From positions 103,943-167,942 of the forward strand of contig WJMO01000009.1 in the NCBI GenBank assembly GCA_014727915.1: a stretch of 64,000 nucleotides of DNA, read 5' to 3'. The notes under the pieces were generated by a model. That model was not told the DNA's origin. It searched no databases and worked only from the letters and a program-made list of their open reading frames with translations. The first letter of the stretch is position 1. Each line of letters begins with the position of its first letter. Of this stretch, positions 37,812 to 46,540 are shown in pieces. The position numbers and the translations under genes are program-made. The stretch comes from Candidatus Altiarchaeales archaeon. GTDB taxonomy: Archaea; Altiarchaeota; Altiarchaeia; IMC4; SCGC-AAA252-I15.

Positions 37812-38093
37812 ATGGTAAGGCATATTGCCGGGATAAGATTGGACTATCTGATGAAGATAATGTATGATGTCAGGTCCAGCCGTGAGCTGGAGTCGATCGT
37901 CGGCTCGCCCATCGAGAAGCACCTGGTGTTCCTCGTTGATGCCGACGGGAACTTCAGGATAAACGCGCTGACACCGCATGGTGAGCCGGAAAATCGCCTA
38001 TCCGAAGAGGACACTGCCAGGGCGACGGAGATAGTGACGGGGATAGTTAAGGCCAACTATCCTGGCACGGAGAACCTGCCGGAGGTGAGATAG
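37812..38093 (+). CDS. Small hypothetical protein (paralog B)
   Basis: Paralog of 36332-36610 (GIRLDYLM, GSPIEKHL, LTP.GE, SEED.AR..EI). Confidence 0.8.
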   Translation: MVRHIAGIRLDYLMKIMYDVRSSRELESIVGSPIEKHLVFLVDADGNFRINALTPHGEPENRLSEEDTARATEIVTGIVKANYPGTENLPEVR

Positions 38094-38195
38094 ATGGGAG
38101 AACAATTGGAGCACCCGACTGAGAGCCTGGGCGCTGAGACGATGAGGACAATGTTCGTCGGCGGAATGATAGGCGCCTGCCTAGGGTGCTTCTGA
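38094..38195 (+). CDS. Candidate 33-aa small protein
   Basis: MGEQLEHPTESLGAETMRTMFVGGMIGACLGCF*; GGAGGTGA SD at 38081-38088; start abuts the upstream stop. Confidence 0.45.
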   Translation: MGEQLEHPTESLGAETMRTMFVGGMIGACLGCF

Positions 38196-38219
38196 CCTTA
38201 CACTGGCCGACGGGATATC

Positions 38220-40010
38220 CTAGCCTTTCTTCAGCGCGAGGTCATGGGCTTTCACGTAGTTCTCGACGAGGAACTTCCAGTCTGCGAGGCTTGCCAGCTC
38301 CTTGGCGTTCAACCTCCTTTTGGTCAGTTCCTTCCGCTCCATGTTCACCAGCTCGTGCAGCTTCTTGTACAGTTCGTTCACTATCTTCTGGTATTCGACG
38401 CCGTCCACCTTCATCACGTGTATGCCCTCGCCCTTGCCCTCTATGAACTGGCCGAAACCAGCCAGGTCGGTGGTTACCGCAAGGGTGCCCTGTGCTGCGG
38501 TCTCTAGGGGCGTGTAGCCCCACGGCTCGTAGAAGGAGGGGAACACTCCCATGTCACAGGTAAGTGTGGCCTGGTTGTATTCCAGGGCTATGAGCCTGTC
38601 CGCGGATGAGAGATATGCTGGGTAGAATATTACCTTGACCCGGTCTTCCTCCCGGTTCAACAGCTCGTTCCTCTTCAATGCCTGTATTATGGTGTCATGC
38701 TCCTGTGGGTAGCTCAGCTCGAACGCGCACAGCGGCGGGGTGCCCCCCCTCTTCTCTATGAAGTGGGCGGTTAGCTTCCTCGCCTGCTTAATGAAATCGT
38801 CGTTCAGAACGTCCTCGGGCGGCTCCCCCTTCGTTATGGATTCGATGATGTTGTCCCTTATCTCAGGGAGCATCGCCTCCACCTGGTCGTGTATCTCCTC
38901 GTACAATGCCTTGTTCTTCAGGACCTGCACGTCCTCGCCGCGCAGTCCGCTGGGCACGAATATGAAGGCCACAACCTGTGTTTTTCCCTTTTCGCTCTTC
39001 AATTTCTTGTTGAGCTTACCAAGGGCGTCCACGTACACGTCCACGCCCTTGTTGTGGAACTCGTACCTCCCGGATATGAACATGGACCTTATGTTGTAGA
39101 AGTCGACGTAATAGTATCTGTTGAAGTATGATATCAGGAAGTCACGCATGTGGTTCCTGTACTTCCTGCGCAAAACAGACAGCTCCTCGGACTCGGGGAA
39201 CTTGCTCGTGTCCAAACCGTTGAACAACAGCACGTCCGGCTTCTTCCCGAGTATGTATGATGCCTCCCTGCCTGTTATCTCGCTCACGGTGGTGAAGACG
39301 TCCGCGTTGTTGGCGCAGGCCACCTCGGTGGTGTGCTTGTCCTCGCACCCGTGCTTCCTGGCCAAGTCGATGGATGCGCTCTCCCCCTTTGCCAGCCCTT
39401 CCGCGACCATCTTGTACAGGTCGCCTCCGCCTCCGCTTATGCTCCGGCCCAGCATCGTGGCGTGGGTCGTGAAGACGGTCTTCACAGGTATGCCGTTCTT
39501 TTGTATGTGCAATAGGCCGAACCCTGACATCCACTCGTGGAAGTGGGCCACGATCTTCTTTCCCGCGTATGGCTTCTCCTTTACCAGCTCCTCCAGCAGC
39601 CTGCCGCTCGCATGCGACCATATGAGCGGGTCGTTGAACCAGCTGTCGGATTTCAGTGAGTCGATCTTGTAGGTCTCCCACAGCGACTTCTTCAGCTCGT
39701 TGACGTCCGCCTTGTATTCTTTAACGTCCAATAGTATCGCCTTGGGGCTTCCGGCTATCAGCCACGTTCCATAATGGCATCTGATCCCTTCGCTCTCAAG
39801 GTGCTTGAACGCGTTGGCCAGGCCCGCCGGCGGCTGGCTTTCATCGAACTCGATACGTGCCTTCCCCGGTTCGTAGTATCCTACGGCGCAGTATTTCTCC
39901 CCGTACTGCTCTACCATACGCGCGGCTTTGGACTTGATTACGGTGTATATCCCGCCTACCTTGTTGCATACCTCGTATGACAGCTCGAAGATGAACTCAG
40001 CGTCCCTCAT
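38220..40010 (-). CDS. Glycogen synthase, glycosyltransferase family 3
   Basis: FELSYEVCNKVGGIYTVIKSK, AHFHEWM, FTTHATMLGR, FTTVSEIT, GRYEFHNKG, FPSFYEPWGYTPLE. Confidence 0.95.
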   Translation of the reverse strand: MRDAEFIFELSYEVCNKVGGIYTVIKSKAARMVEQYGEKYCAVGYYEPGKARIEFDESQPPAGLANAFKHLESEGIRCHYGTWLIAGSPKAILLDVKEYKADVNELKKSLWETYKIDSLKSDSWFNDPLIWSHASGRLLEELVKEKPYAGKKIVAHFHEWMSGFGLLHIQKNGIPVKTVFTTHATMLGRSISGGGGDLYKMVAEGLAKGESASIDLARKHGCEDKHTTEVACANNADVFTTVSEITGREASYILGKKPDVLLFNGLDTSKFPESEELSVLRRKYRNHMRDFLISYFNRYYYVDFYNIRSMFISGRYEFHNKGVDVYVDALGKLNKKLKSEKGKTQVVAFIFVPSGLRGEDVQVLKNKALYEEIHDQVEAMLPEIRDNIIESITKGEPPEDVLNDDFIKQARKLTAHFIEKRGGTPPLCAFELSYPQEHDTIIQALKRNELLNREEDRVKVIFYPAYLSSADRLIALEYNQATLTCDMGVFPSFYEPWGYTPLETAAQGTLAVTTDLAGFGQFIEGKGEGIHVMKVDGVEYQKIVNELYKKLHELVNMERKELTKRRLNAKELASLADWKFLVENYVKAHDLALKKG

Positions 40011-40054
40011 AAGTAATAGATTACCTGGGTTAATTTATAAACCCACCGCGGGCG

Positions 40055-40627
40055 CTATTTCTCTGTCCCCATGCTCCTCAGGTCTCTCATGTCATCCCTG
40101 ACCTCTGCGAACTTCATGGTCTCCTCGATCAGACGTTCTTCGCTGTACATGCCAGCTGACTCCAGCCTCTTTTTTATCTGCTCTATCTCTGCAGCGGATA
40201 TGAGGAGGCTGTCCATCGGCTTGTTGTCTATGAGGGCTTGCACCTGCACTTCCACCATGTTCTCCTCCAGTGGCGATAGCCCGGCCTCGGTGTCGTCGAG
40301 GTAGAATTCGGTGTTTGGGTGGGGGTTCGGCTTTCTGCTGTCCCATAGGACCCGCGCTTCGACCAGCTTCTTCCTTGCTTCCCCGAGGACTGCCTTCCTG
40401 GCTGCGCTGCCCTCCAGGCCGGAAGCTGCTTTCGCCTCCTCGTCTGGAAGTAGAACACGATACCTGCTCCGTTCCGTGGTCTTGGGCTGGTATGTCCCTG
40501 TTATGCCGACGTCCCTCCCTGTTTCAACGGTATCAAGCAGCATTCCCGCGTTCACCTGCCTCACGGGGCCCGGCGCCTCTCCAGTCACGTTCCTGCGCAC
40601 GAGCGTTCTGTCAGTTGTCGAACCCAT
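40055..40627 (-). CDS. Hypothetical protein (orphan)
   Basis: 190 aa ORF divergent from hsp20; no recognisable motif. Confidence 0.65.
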   Translation of the reverse strand: MGSTTDRTLVRRNVTGEAPGPVRQVNAGMLLDTVETGRDVGITGTYQPKTTERSRYRVLLPDEEAKAASGLEGSAARKAVLGEARKKLVEARVLWDSRKPNPHPNTEFYLDDTEAGLSPLEENMVEVQVQALIDNKPMDSLLISAAEIEQIKKRLESAGMYSEERLIEETMKFAEVRDDMRDLRSMGTEK

Positions 40628-40668
40628 AATCTTATATTTTATGTCTCAGATATTATATACGGTGGTTT

Positions 40669-41217
40669 ATGATGGAAGACGATTTTCCGAGGAAGCGCGG
40701 GAGGAGGTTCTTCGACGGTTTCTTCGACGATGACCTCTTTGGCATGGATTTCAGGAGGATACACGAGCAGATGGACAAGCTGATGCGCGACGCGTTCAAG
40801 GACTTTGAGAACGTGGATGTGGAGCCTGGGAAGAGCTACGTTTACGGGTTCACCATGAGGACCGGACCCGATGGGAAGCCCCATGTGGAGGAGTTCGGGA
40901 ACGTTCCCCGGCCGGGCGTAGAGCCTATTTCAGGCGGGCGTGAGCCTTTGGTGGACGTCATCGACGGGAAGGAGCAGGTCTCGGTCATAGCTGAGCTCCC
41001 CGGCGTGGACAAGAAGGACATCGACTTGAACGCCGGAGAACGCACCCTGTCCATCAAGGTCGACACCGAGGGTAGGAAATACCATAAGGAGCTTAAGCTG
41101 CCCGCCGATGTGGACCCGGATTCGGTGAAGGCGACCTACAAGAACGGCATACTCGACGTTAAGCTGAAGCGCCGGGAGAAGAAAGAGGAGCCTAAGAAGA
41201 AGGTCAGGATAGAATAA
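40669..41217 (+). CDS. hsp20: Small heat-shock protein Hsp20 (archaeal type)
   Basis: YVYGFTM.TGPDGKP.VEEFGN, REPLVDV, AELPGVDK.DI, ATYKNGILDV. Confidence 0.95.
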   Translation: MMEDDFPRKRGRRFFDGFFDDDLFGMDFRRIHEQMDKLMRDAFKDFENVDVEPGKSYVYGFTMRTGPDGKPHVEEFGNVPRPGVEPISGGREPLVDVIDGKEQVSVIAELPGVDKKDIDLNAGERTLSIKVDTEGRKYHKELKLPADVDPDSVKATYKNGILDVKLKRREKKEEPKKKVRIE

Positions 41218-41241
41218 GTTTTAGCTGGGCTGCGGGGATAT

Positions 41242-41742
41242 CTATGCTTTTTCCTTGTTTTTCAGCCCTCTCTCAACCATCTCCCTGACAGATTTCAGGC
41301 CGTGCTCGTCCTGGCAGTTCCATGCGCACCCGAGCCTCTGCTGGATCGGCACTGCGTTCATCGTCTGGGCTTTGTCCGGGTCTTGTATCCCTCTCGAGTA
41401 GAACGCCACTTTGGTCTCTGCTGGCAGGTTGAGTTGTCCTCCTTTTCCCCCTAGCAGGTCAAGGTCCAATACCAGCACGTCTGGCACTGCGTTCGTCTGA
41501 CCTCCAAGGACGTTTTTGATGACGGCGTCAGTCTGGAATATGCTCACTTCCGCGTCTAAGGGCCCGCCGTACTTACCCTCCGGGTCTCTTAAAATCTTGG
41601 CGAAGTCGGCTTGAGCGGGGAACTTCTCCTGGACGGCTTCCACTATCACATATTGCTTTCCACCTCCCAGGTCCTGCATCGGGCGTGTGAGCGTAGCGGT
41701 AGCTCCTTCGGCCACGACGGGAGTCACAGTCTTGGTTGTCAT
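41242..41742 (-). CDS. Degenerate receiver-like protein with N-terminal extension
   Basis: YVIVE...VPDVLVLDLDLLGGKG...KVAFYS pattern; Asp retained, KP missing. Confidence 0.6.
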   Translation of the reverse strand: MTTKTVTPVVAEGATATLTRPMQDLGGGKQYVIVEAVQEKFPAQADFAKILRDPEGKYGGPLDAEVSIFQTDAVIKNVLGGQTNAVPDVLVLDLDLLGGKGGQLNLPAETKVAFYSRGIQDPDKAQTMNAVPIQQRLGCAWNCQDEHGLKSVREMVERGLKNKEKA

Positions 41743-41843
41743 GTATTGTACTGGGATTCCCAGGTTAATAAGAAAAATAAAATCACAAATAATTCTAATA
41801 TTTAATTAATTATTGATAGGAAAGTCAAAATAATTCATAATAT

Positions 41844-42560
41844 CTATTTCAGTTTCCTGGCTACCGTAAGGAAACCGGTGTGCCCTAGCATCCTGGTGTC
41901 GGGTCTCATGGTGTCCGCCTTCCAATGGCGGAGTATGCACTCGAACGTCTCATGCATGTAGCCTTCCAAGACGTCGGCCAGCTGCCTGCTCTGGTTGATG
42001 CTGGGACTGTACGAGACGAGCCTGCCCCCCACCCTCAACGACCCTTCAAGATGGGGCACCACACGCCACGGCTCGGTGAGGTCGAGCAACACGGCGTCAA
42101 GGCCTTCCTCTCCTATTCCATCGTACAGGTCGCCTATGCGGGAATCGACGTTCCCGATGCCGAACCGTTCGAAGTTCTCCCTCGCTACCCTGGCATGGTC
42201 CTCCCGGACCTCATAGGTTATCACATCCGCTGGGCGGACTATATGGGCCAGGTACATAGTCAGCAAGCCGCTGCCAGTCCCGGCCTCCAACACGCGAGAC
42301 CCGCTCTCCAAACCCGCGTAGCCGGATATCAAGCCCATGTCCTTCAACGTCATCGCCTGAGGCCCACGCTTGGCCTTGGATATGAAGTCGAGGATGTCAG
42401 GCTCCAAGACGTTGAACTTCCTCCCCTTGTTGCTCTCCACCAAACCACCTACACCCGCCTTCTCGATGTCTTTGGCGCGTATCATCCCATAGTTGCAGTG
42501 GAGGTCCTTGCCTTCCCCCAACAGGTACTTCCTCCCCTTCTCGTCTATCAGCAGCTTCAT
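41844..42560 (-). CDS. trmI: tRNA (adenine-N1)-methyltransferase TrmI/GCD14
   Basis: KRGPQ...KD, VLEAGTGSG, TYEVREDH, DAVLLDL.EPW, SYSP, RPDTRMLGHTGFL. Confidence 0.93.
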   Translation of the reverse strand: MKLLIDEKGRKYLLGEGKDLHCNYGMIRAKDIEKAGVGGLVESNKGRKFNVLEPDILDFISKAKRGPQAMTLKDMGLISGYAGLESGSRVLEAGTGSGLLTMYLAHIVRPADVITYEVREDHARVARENFERFGIGNVDSRIGDLYDGIGEEGLDAVLLDLTEPWRVVPHLEGSLRVGGRLVSYSPSINQSRQLADVLEGYMHETFECILRHWKADTMRPDTRMLGHTGFLTVARKLK

Positions 42561-42790
42561 CTCCTGGACAATAGATAGTACATCACCATTAAAGAGAGGC
42601 CGATCACCGCTGCCGCCACCGCCGATCCCCGGTCGGTGCCGAACACGACCGGTATCGGCCCGATGAACAATACACCCCCTCCTTTTACGCTGGCGTCACC
42701 TCCCTTCAACGCTGAAACCACCACCCCAGCTGCCACCAGCATGAACCCTGCCAGGATGACCGCCAATCCAACGCCTATCAGCCTGTCCAT
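42557..42790 (-). CDS. DUF131 (TIGR00304) membrane protein
   Basis: GGGVLFIGPIPVVFGTD signature. Confidence 0.88.
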   Translation of the reverse strand: MDRLIGVGLAVILAGFMLVAAGVVVSALKGGDASVKGGGVLFIGPIPVVFGTDRGSAVAAAVIGLSLMVMYYLLSRR

Positions 42791-42825
42791 CTCCCCTTAT
42801 TATATCTAATACAATAATTTATACG

Positions 42826-45012
42826 ATGAAGTGGTGGGCACTAATATTCTGCGCATTACTCCTGGCGGAAGCCTCGTCGGCTGCGACCACCTCCGCATAC
42901 CAGGAAAGCTTCGAGGTAACGCTCGAACAGGACCTCCGAGGGGAGGTGCTCTATGTTAAAGCCGTCGACCTGGATGAGGACGGAGAGAGGGAGATCCTGA
43001 CCAACAGCCTGTTCATCACCAACTACGGCAAGAGCGGGACGGTATACGCGCTATACAGGGACGGCAGCGAGCGCTGGAAGTACTTCGCAGGACTGCTGGA
43101 GAACTCATACACCACCGACAACGGCTACACGATAGTCGGGGCAGGCCCCTACGCCGAGTATGTGGGCCCCTCAGGGGCGAACATCTGGAAGAGGGGCACA
43201 CGGACCTCCCAGATGCAGAGGATATACTCTCAGACAGTCTATGCTGCAGACCTCAACAGCGACGGGAAGGATGACGCCGTGATAGGCACGAACCTGGGGA
43301 TGAAGGGTAGCTTCGTGCATGTGAAGGACAGCGGCGGCGACGAGCTGTCGAGGATAGCCTTCAAGTCATTGAACGCCCCCAATGTCCTCCACTCCACTGA
43401 CTTGAACGGGGATGGGAATCATGAGATCATCGTGGGCACTGTTAAGTACGCGCCCGACACCACTGCCGGCACCTACAACCCGGTCTACAACCGCCAGGCC
43501 ACACTTGAGGTCTACGACCTGGACGGGGAACTGAAGTGGGAGGACCTGTTCGACGGCGCGGTAACGTCACTGACTTCATGTGACCTGGACGGTGACGGCC
43601 TGACCGAAGTGGTCGCCGGCGGCACCAACTCTGTGGTGGCATACACGCCAACCGGGCAGAGGCTCTGGACCGCTGACGCGGCGGGGCAGGTTAACGCGTT
43701 GGACTGCGGAGACATTGACGGTGACGGGACATTGGACGTTGCTGTAGGAGCCAACAGGGCCTATATGATCAAGAACGGCGGCGAACACTTGTGGAGCTAC
43801 AACTCAGGGGACGTGAGCTCGATAGACATAGTGGACCTTGGATCGGACGGTAAGCCCGAGGTCCTGGTGGCTTCGAGCACGCTGAGGATACTGGACAGCA
43901 TCGGCAAGATACTCTACAAGTCCGACAGCTTCAACAACATAAACCACATGGACGCTGGGGACTTGGACGGTGACGGCTTCCTCGAGGTTGTGCTCGCCTG
44001 CAGGGACAGCAACGTCCGCGTGGTAAGCACGAGAAGGTATTCTGAGGAGGTTTCCGCAGACCATTTCTACTCAATGGCCGAGCGTGAGTACACCAGAGGC
44101 GACTATAACCTGACCGCATACTACGCCAAGCGCGCGGAGGAGATATATGACTCGCTTGGCAAGAACATGGACGTTGTGAAGGCTCAGAGCCTTTATGACA
44201 AGGCCACAGGATATTCCAGCGGCGACCATTACCTCAACATCACCCGCTATTACTTTGACAATGGGGACTATGGGGAGGCGGTCGTTTACGCGGATAAGGC
44301 GTTGGAGGAATACCGGAAGCTCACCGACCTGCGGAAGCTGAACGAGGTCAACGAGATCAAGAAGAAGGCGGAGCTCATACCCAACGCGGAGTCGAACCTG
44401 AACCTATCCAGGAAGTACTTCGGAGAGCGGGACTGGGTTAACGCTTCAAGCTATGCTTCAAAGGCGCAGAGTGCATACTCCTACCTTGGCGACGGGGACT
44501 TGGAGGCGCAGGCAGAGTCCATACTGGCGACCTCCAACCTTTACCTGGAATACTACCAGCACCTCGATGCTGCGTATAACTACTCCGAATACAACGACTA
44601 CGGGAACGCCAGCCAACAACTGCAGATGGCTGATGAGATATACCTGAAGCTTAACGACACTGCAATAAGGCCCCAGTATGAGAACGTCAGCGGAAGGGTG
44701 TCCGCGATAAAACGCGACGAGGAGGTCCTAGTATATGGCGGCTTGGGGGTCGTGGCCCTCTTGGCCATACTGTTGATCCTGGCGGTCGCCCTGTTCGCGG
44801 CTTACTTCTTCCAAAAGGGGGGGTTGGCCGCGGTAGCTTCGGCGTTGGAGGATTATGGTTTGTGGTTCACGGAGGTGGGTGTCTGGATGAAGGATTCTGT
44901 CTCGCACAGGCCCAGGATGGAGGGGAGACCCGATAGGGAAGGGCATAAGGGCGGCCTTCGGGGTTTGGGCGGCGGCAGCGGAGAGAGCATAGGGGACGGA
45001 TTCAGAAGATAA
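42826..45012 (+). CDS. Cell-surface FG-GAP/VCBS beta-propeller plus TPR-like helical protein with C-terminal TM
   Basis: Signal peptide; repeated DLxGDGxxE motifs with G...W blades; A..Y...A...Y helical repeats; TM near the C-terminus. Confidence 0.85.
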   Translation: MKWWALIFCALLLAEASSAATTSAYQESFEVTLEQDLRGEVLYVKAVDLDEDGEREILTNSLFITNYGKSGTVYALYRDGSERWKYFAGLLENSYTTDNGYTIVGAGPYAEYVGPSGANIWKRGTRTSQMQRIYSQTVYAADLNSDGKDDAVIGTNLGMKGSFVHVKDSGGDELSRIAFKSLNAPNVLHSTDLNGDGNHEIIVGTVKYAPDTTAGTYNPVYNRQATLEVYDLDGELKWEDLFDGAVTSLTSCDLDGDGLTEVVAGGTNSVVAYTPTGQRLWTADAAGQVNALDCGDIDGDGTLDVAVGANRAYMIKNGGEHLWSYNSGDVSSIDIVDLGSDGKPEVLVASSTLRILDSIGKILYKSDSFNNINHMDAGDLDGDGFLEVVLACRDSNVRVVSTRRYSEEVSADHFYSMAEREYTRGDYNLTAYYAKRAEEIYDSLGKNMDVVKAQSLYDKATGYSSGDHYLNITRYYFDNGDYGEAVVYADKALEEYRKLTDLRKLNEVNEIKKKAELIPNAESNLNLSRKYFGERDWVNASSYASKAQSAYSYLGDGDLEAQAESILATSNLYLEYYQHLDAAYNYSEYNDYGNASQQLQMADEIYLKLNDTAIRPQYENVSGRVSAIKRDEEVLVYGGLGVVALLAILLILAVALFAAYFFQKGGLAAVASALEDYGLWFTEVGVWMKDSVSHRPRMEGRPDREGHKGGLRGLGGGSGESIGDGFRR

Positions 45013-45032
45013 AAAAAAATATACTTTGGTGA

Positions 45033-45458
45033 ATGGCTATGGCTGAGAAAAAACAGGGGAAGAGACCTGATAAAACGGAAAAACAGGGTGAAGGGCCTGA
45101 TAAAAAGGATTTGAAGGGTAGGTTGGATGCTGTGAACCGGGAGCTTGCCGAGATCGAGAAGCAGTTGAAGGAGGACACTAAGTCCGTCATGTTCGAGGGG
45201 GAAGATGGAACCTCAGACTCGAAGCTCGTTCACATGAGCGAGCATGCGAAGGAGGACATGAGATCTTACTACCGTAGGATGGTGCTGCGTTGCATGAACT
45301 GCAGCGGCAGCTTCGACCACGAGCTAGTTGTGGATCCCATAGAGCATGAGATAAGGTGTCCTGCTTGCAATGAGTCGCACATACTGACGCTTAAGCCGAC
45401 GTCCAGGCTTTTCATGGTCCATTCGAAGTCGGTTGACGTCCTGGACAGCGAGGAATAG
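45033..45458 (+). CDS. Coiled-coil plus Zn-ribbon protein
   Basis: CMNC...CPAC pair after a short coiled coil. Confidence 0.75.
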   Translation: MAMAEKKQGKRPDKTEKQGEGPDKKDLKGRLDAVNRELAEIEKQLKEDTKSVMFEGEDGTSDSKLVHMSEHAKEDMRSYYRRMVLRCMNCSGSFDHELVVDPIEHEIRCPACNESHILTLKPTSRLFMVHSKSVDVLDSEE

Positions 45459-45491
45459 CGGCTCTCAAACCCAGTATCCTGGAGGTATTTA

Positions 45492-46514
45492 TTGGCCGGT
45501 TATAATATCTTTCCTATCATGGAATACGTCGACTTTGAGAGGAAAGTCTTTGACATCTCAGGAGAGAGGATGCCCAAGGGCGCCTGGTGGTGGTGGTTTT
45601 GGCTGTTCTTCTTCGACAACCCGGATGACCCTTCCCGGCCCCGGCAGCTGATGATACTCTGGTCCACTAAGAACGTGAAGGACATAGTCTGCAATGATGT
45701 CAACCTGAAGCTCAGCCCAGGATGTGACCGGAGCAGGATGCCTGGCGCGGTCGCGGCGTGGTATTATGACGGCAGTGAGATGCACCACAACTACTTGCTC
45801 GAGAACTGCGACATCCTCGTCTCGAAAGGGTCGGTTTCCTCAGATTCCGAGGTCCCGGCGGTTTTCTCCGTTGACGGTATGAGGTCAGAGGTGGTGGTGG
45901 GAGACCATATGCGTTTCATATCGGAGGCCAGCAACGATCACGAGTTCATGAAGCCCATCTACGTGGCAGATGATGTGGTCGGTGACATAGGGTATTCCAT
46001 ACTTAAGCTGAACCGACTGGAGCTGTCGGGCGAGGTTGATGGGAGGGCGACAAGGGGCACTTCATACTTTCAGAGGGTGTTCGTGAACTCCCCGGTCCCG
46101 CCATGGTATTGGGCGGTGGTCCACTTCGAGAACGGGGCGGTACTGACATACTATAACCCGCACTTCCACTTGACTTCCATACGGGAGGACATATCCTACT
46201 ATGACGGGGAGCGACTTCACAGGTTCAAGTCCGCTGACATAAGCAGGTCCGGCGATGATCTTCCGTCTTTCACCGTCTCCGGGGAGAACAGGGACGCTAC
46301 CATACGATTGACCGTTGACGCCTACTCGCATTCCTCTTGGACGTTCAAGAAGAAGACCCTTGGCTTGGTTCCCAACAAGCTCGTCTACAACGAATACCCG
46401 ATCGTCGTCTCGGATTTCACATTCAAGGACAAGTCATCCGGGGAGGTGACCACCCTGGAAGATCTAGGATCTTCCGTGGGGAATGCCGAGCACACCACCG
46501 GATTCCTCCTTTAA
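45492..46514 (+). CDS. Hypothetical protein, Trp-rich, possible AttH/tocopherol-cyclase-like beta fold
   Basis: WWWWFWLFFFDNP, QLMILWSTK, YFQRV...PWYW, YNEYP, GNAEHTTG; fold call is inference. Confidence 0.7.
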   Translation: MAGYNIFPIMEYVDFERKVFDISGERMPKGAWWWWFWLFFFDNPDDPSRPRQLMILWSTKNVKDIVCNDVNLKLSPGCDRSRMPGAVAAWYYDGSEMHHNYLLENCDILVSKGSVSSDSEVPAVFSVDGMRSEVVVGDHMRFISEASNDHEFMKPIYVADDVVGDIGYSILKLNRLELSGEVDGRATRGTSYFQRVFVNSPVPPWYWAVVHFENGAVLTYYNPHFHLTSIREDISYYDGERLHRFKSADISRSGDDLPSFTVSGENRDATIRLTVDAYSHSSWTFKKKTLGLVPNKLVYNEYPIVVSDFTFKDKSSGEVTTLEDLGSSVGNAEHTTGFLL

Positions 46515-46540
46515 TATCCTCGTAACTCCTATTTTCTATC

